From Candidatus Jordarchaeia archaeon (GTDB taxonomy: Archaea > Asgardarchaeota > Jordiarchaeia > Jordiarchaeales > Jordiarchaeaceae), in assembly GCA_029856435.1 (NCBI GenBank), contig JAHQXB010000063.1, positions 27,053 through 91,052 of the forward strand: a stretch of DNA of 64,000 nucleotides, read 5' to 3'. The position numbers were made by a program, and so were the translations under genes. The notes under the pieces are model-generated. The model was not told the DNA's origin. It made no database searches and was given only the letters and a program-made list of their open reading frames with translations. This document shows, in pieces, positions 59,965 to 64,000 of this stretch; position 1 is the first letter of the stretch; each line of letters starts with the position of its first letter.

Positions 59965-61251
59965 TCACGCCCTTATGGTTTCTGGGATTTTGATTCCCTG
60001 TTTTTCCAGTCTATCGTTTACAATCTGGTTCATTTTCTCGTTAGTCAGGGTTTTAATTTGGTGGGGGGCATAGACGCCAATATCGGTTATTATTAAGTCG
60101 ATTAGCTTAGGTGGAGTGACGTCGAAGGCGGGATTGTATATTACTATTTCTCCTTTTCCCGGAATTCTTTTGTTAGTGATAATGTTTCTTGGGGGCCACT
60201 CTTTTAGGCTTTTTTCGCTGATTATTTTGTTTTTCCGCTTGTCTTCTGCTTCCAGTTTGTACAGGTATGTGACTTCGTCAACACTGCGTTCCTCTATGGG
60301 TATTTCACTTCCCTTCTTGGTTTCCAAGTCAATGGTGCTGTACGACGTGGCGTAGTAAAAGTCCACATTTCCGTAAAGGGCTGCTATTCTCGCGATGTCG
60401 GCGGATCCAATTTTGTTTGCTACTGATCCATCTCTGGCTACCCTATCCACTCCAAGGAGAACCTTGTTCACCCCGAAGCGTTCAAAAGAGGATGATATCA
60501 TATTGTCCGTCACAATTATTATGGGCACCTGGGCTCTATTTAGCTCCCATACAGTGAGTTTGTACCCTTGGCTGCGGGGGCGTGTTTCTTTTGAAACCAT
60601 AACTATGTCTTTTCCCTCAACGTAGGCCTCTTCAATCATACCCAAAGCATGGCCGCCGTAACTTGAGGACATGCTTCCACCATTGCAGTGAGTCATAATC
60701 ACATCTCCGTCCTCTATGTACTGCTTTCCGTCCTGCCTCAGATACCAGCTCAGTATAAGGTCCGCGGCCAAAAAATAGTCTGCGGCTTCTCTTACTCCCT
60801 CAACGGCCTCTTCAACCTTTCCACTTTTGTTGAGAGATTTCTCCGCAGTCTTAAGACATAAATCCGTTGCCCACTTTAAGGGAGAAGCGGTTGGTCTCGT
60901 ACTATTTAAGAAATCGGCAGCTTCCTTCAACTTTTTCATAAAAACGTCTTTTTTCTCTTTTTTAAACTCTAAAGCCGCCAGCAACATCCCATAGCCTGCA
61001 GCGCATCCTATTGCCTGACTGCCCCTAACAATCATTCCCTTTATGCCCGGAGTGCCCGCCTCACGGTAATCCCTTGTTTTCCACACCGTAAACTCATAGG
61101 GAAGCTTTGTTTGGTCTAGCAGAACCAACGTTTCCTCCTCTGGCTCATAGTGCACTGTGAGAGGGATATTTGTTTTATTATGAACATAAGCTCCACTCTC
61201 AGGGTCAAATTCTAGTCCTAATTTTTTGAAGACATTTTGAATATCAACCAT
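59965..61251 (-). CDS. MtnA / eIF2B-family sugar-1-phosphate isomerase (second paralog)
   Basis: LDQTKLP, IVRGSQAIG, TRPTAS, MTHCNGG, ETRPRSQG, ANKIGS, NPAFDVTP. Confidence 0.85.
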   Translation of the reverse strand: MVDIQNVFKKLGLEFDPESGAYVHNKTNIPLTVHYEPEEETLVLLDQTKLPYEFTVWKTRDYREAGTPGIKGMIVRGSQAIGCAAGYGMLLAALEFKKEKKDVFMKKLKEAADFLNSTRPTASPLKWATDLCLKTAEKSLNKSGKVEEAVEGVREAADYFLAADLILSWYLRQDGKQYIEDGDVIMTHCNGGSMSSSYGGHALGMIEEAYVEGKDIVMVSKETRPRSQGYKLTVWELNRAQVPIIIVTDNMISSSFERFGVNKVLLGVDRVARDGSVANKIGSADIARIAALYGNVDFYYATSYSTIDLETKKGSEIPIEERSVDEVTYLYKLEAEDKRKNKIISEKSLKEWPPRNIITNKRIPGKGEIVIYNPAFDVTPPKLIDLIITDIGVYAPHQIKTLTNEKMNQIVNDRLEKQGIKIPETIRA

Positions 61252-61411
61252 ACACCTGCAACTCCGTAGAATTTGATAACATTCAATAATTTAGGTGAAT
61301 ATTTGAATTTGTCCGTCCAGATACAGAAAAACCCAAATATTAAATAAATTTTTAGTGTAATACAATTGAGAAAACAAACCAAATCAGAAAATAAGAATAT
61401 ATGGAGAGTTT

Positions 61412-62371
61412 CTAGCCCTTCACTTTTTTATGGAATTCTTCGAATTCTTTTTTGGTTGGGCTTCCTCTTGTTTCACTTCTAGTGGCTTTGAATGCTCCCG
61501 CCAAGTTTGCTCTCTGCAAGGCTTCAATGAGCGAGTATCCTTGAGCCAGAGACGCCGCTAGAACTCCATGGAACGCGTCTCCACATCCCACTGTGTTAAC
61601 CACCTTGAAGCCATACTTCTGAAGAGGAATACCCCTAATTATTATGCTTTGCTCCTCTTCTGGGTCAATTAACTGAGAACCCTCAGCTCCCATTTTTTTA
61701 ATCACCCTTAAATTTTTGTTAATTGGGGAGAGACGCTTCTTCACCTCTTCTGGTTCGCTGGCACCAGTTAGATTTTCCACCTCCACAGCGTTCATCAAAA
61801 GAATATCCACAAATTTTAAAATGTCTTTTAGTGACTCGTATCCCTTCACACAGTGTATCCCCGGATCCCAAATGGTGATAGCTCCAAATTTTTTCCCAAT
61901 CTCCACAACCTTCAAAACCACGGGAAGCGGTGGATCAACTACCGCCAACACATTGGCTTGACGTATCAACGCTAATCTTTTCTCTTCCTCCACGTCCTCT
62001 GGCTTAATTTCATGATTCGCCCCAAAAAGAGTGTTAATAAAGTTCTCACCCTTAGAATCTATCACAATATAGGCTTGACCAGACTCCACACCCCTAACTG
62101 TAATAATTCCACTGATATCGACCCCCTCGCCCTCCAAAACCTTTTTCTGCATCTCAGCTATCTGGTCATCACCCAAACCGCCAATGAACGCCACCTCACC
62201 CGGAGCCATCAATCTTGCAGCCGCCACAGCAACGTTGGCACCCTTACCCCCAGGAATGCGTGTTATCCTTTTTACTGGCACCTCCTCACCTATCTTGGGA
62301 AATCTTTCCACAAAGAGATTAATATCATAGTTTATAGCTCCCAAACTCACCACTTTGGCCATAGGAACCAC
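61412..62371 (-). CDS. rbsK: Ribokinase-like PfkB kinase
   Basis: GGKGANVAVAAARL, SGQAYI, NTVGCGDAFHG. Confidence 0.82.
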   Translation of the reverse strand: MVPMAKVVSLGAINYDINLFVERFPKIGEEVPVKRITRIPGGKGANVAVAAARLMAPGEVAFIGGLGDDQIAEMQKKVLEGEGVDISGIITVRGVESGQAYIVIDSKGENFINTLFGANHEIKPEDVEEEKRLALIRQANVLAVVDPPLPVVLKVVEIGKKFGAITIWDPGIHCVKGYESLKDILKFVDILLMNAVEVENLTGASEPEEVKKRLSPINKNLRVIKKMGAEGSQLIDPEEEQSIIIRGIPLQKYGFKVVNTVGCGDAFHGVLAASLAQGYSLIEALQRANLAGAFKATRSETRGSPTKKEFEEFHKKVKG

Positions 62372-62501
62372 TTCACACCCTTTATATGTTTTACCAAAAA
62401 AATTTCAAGGTTTTTATTGGTAATTTCACATTTCTTCATAAAAGCATTACCCTAAAATCAAATGAAAAACAAAATAATCCCAAAAAAAGGCTACAAATTT
62501 T

Positions 62502-63305
62502 TTAAATTATATCCAAAATTTCTGAAATATTATTCACCGTATAGTCCGGCTTCTCATCCTCACAAGTTGGCTCCCTCTCAGCGTGTAAATCCTTCCTCAC
62601 ACGTATAGTAATTGCTCCAATGGACTTCGCCCAAGCAAAATCATTCCTAGGATCATCACCAACAACAAAAATTCTCTTACCAGTAATGGGTTGACCCAAA
62701 TCCTCCTCCAAACACTGAATAAGCCTCTCAAGAAACTCGGGAGCCGGCTTACATATACCTAAACGCTCTGAAGAAAATAAGAATCGATAGTGCTTCCCGG
62801 GCTTCAGCCCGAAGAGTTTCATCTTCAACTCAGTCTCCTCGTCCTCATTATTGGTGGCAATCACCACAATTGACTTCCTATTCAGCATTTCAAGCGTTTT
62901 ATGAGTATCCGGATATGGCTTTGCACGAGCAACAAAATGCTTCCAATAGAAATCATGAATCTTGTCAAGAAACTCTGAAGCGAACCTAATCCCATTATTC
63001 TGCTGCACCTTCTCAAGAAACAACCTCAACCTAATCCTCTTATTATGCCTCCTCGGCTTAAGGGGATATAATTCATAATGCTCCTTCTTAGCCTGCCTGT
63101 AAAACTGCTCCATTTTTTCTAAGCTAACCCTCGAACCACAACTCCTACTAGCCTCCTGACAAGTCAACTCAAAAACCTTCCTAAACGCCTCCTCCTCAGG
63201 AATAAGCGACAAACCCAAAGTACCATCCATATCAAAAATAACCACAGTATCCCCGTCCGACTGAAAAAAGCCAGTTCCCTTCTTCGAGAAAACCACCGTA
63301 AACAC
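62502..63305 (-). CDS. HAD-superfamily hydrolase
   Basis: FDMDGTL, IATN, KPAP, VGDDPRND. Confidence 0.88.
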   Translation of the reverse strand: MFTVVFSKKGTGFFQSDGDTVVIFDMDGTLGLSLIPEEEAFRKVFELTCQEASRSCGSRVSLEKMEQFYRQAKKEHYELYPLKPRRHNKRIRLRLFLEKVQQNNGIRFASEFLDKIHDFYWKHFVARAKPYPDTHKTLEMLNRKSIVVIATNNEDEETELKMKLFGLKPGKHYRFLFSSERLGICKPAPEFLERLIQCLEEDLGQPITGKRIFVVGDDPRNDFAWAKSIGAITIRVRKDLHAEREPTCEDEKPDYTVNNISEILDII

Positions 63306-63392
63306 CCTAAAGAATTTTACAAGACACTAAACACAAAAAGACACAAAAAAATTAGTAAAATATCCTTATAAGCATTTGTATGCCAAGAACCA

Positions 63393-63500
63393 GGTGATGC
63401 AGATTTATTCGGCTCCATCTCCCTATTAAGGCTCCAAATCGTGAAAGAAGCCCTATAAACATCTCCTTTTTGAGGCGAAATCGAACGATTCTACATCACC
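63393..63500. mobile_element. MITE family B (108 bp)
   Basis: TIR GGTGATGCAGA...TTCTACATCACC; 10-bp TSD CCAAGAACCA (63383-63392, 63501-63510). Confidence 0.9.
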
Positions 63501-64000
63501 CCAAGAACCAAACCCATTTCACATACCCCCAAAAACGCAAACACACAACTACACTACAAGACCAGAAAACAACCAAAAACACAAAAACATGACAAGTCCA
63601 CATAACCAAGCAACACAAGAAAAATGAACCACAACACGCCACCCAGCAACCTGAACCACACAAAATTAGAACTCAAGACACCCAATTTTCAACCCCGAAG
63701 GAAACAATACAAAAACCACCACCAAACCAATATTCTACCTTCAATACCAAAAAACGTGAAACACAACACGCCACCAAAAACAAGCTGCCAACAAATACCA
63801 ACCACCAAAAACAGTATTAATAACCGATATTTCGCAGATTCCGCGAAGCTATTTTGACGATTGTGCTTTTCTCAAAGTGGTTTGGAGATGTTTCGGCGTT
63901 TATACCGATTCGGCATCCACATTCTCCCAAAAGGGGGAAGCGTCGTGATGAGAAACTCCACAACCCCACCAAAGGATTCCCAAATCAGCGAAAAACGGAT

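Noticed and set aside
63510-64000. A/C-rich tail with a 77-aa ORF (63624-63857)
   Set aside because: Low-complexity composition with no start context or motif; no coding call can be supported
1-64000. CRISPR array, rRNA genes, transposase, and EndA or RtcB genes
   Set aside because: No regularly spaced repeats or recognisable sequences of these kinds were seen; the splicing enzymes must be encoded elsewhere

Overview
Archaeal genomic window, most likely an Asgard archaeon. It carries an ESCRT-I/II cluster (UEV-type Vps23, Vps28, EAP30/Vps22-36) and archaeal-type informational genes (RIO1, Dim2/Pno1, aIF1A, Nmd3, aIF2-beta, MetRS, TyrRS, PheRS, DnaG, RNase Z, Trm11, MetAP2). The main finding is a burst of short (mostly 28-32 nt) bulge-helix-bulge (BHB, tRNA-endonuclease-type) introns. 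Three tRNA genes carry 4 (Leu-GAG), 3 (Leu-UAG) and 3 (Tyr-GUA) introns. Three unrelated protein-coding genes (ahcY/SahH, tyrS and a PflX-like radical SAM gene) are each broken inside a conserved catalytic motif by a 30-31 nt stop-containing insert that folds as a BHB. In all three, cutting after the second nucleotide of each 3-nt bulge restores both the frame and the family consensus (TKWE|FDN, PSG-L-FHLGW, SGT-I-FFSSCxxxCxxC). This points to tRNA-type mRNA splicing well beyond the known cbf5 case. The window also holds two MITE families (five copies with clear target-site duplications), two probable pseudogenes, a dispersed MTA/SAH/nucleoside-salvage gene set, and a DnaJ-zinc-finger protein resembling eukaryotic SSUH2. 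No rRNA, CRISPR array or transposase was seen. All structures were folded by eye and no searches were run.
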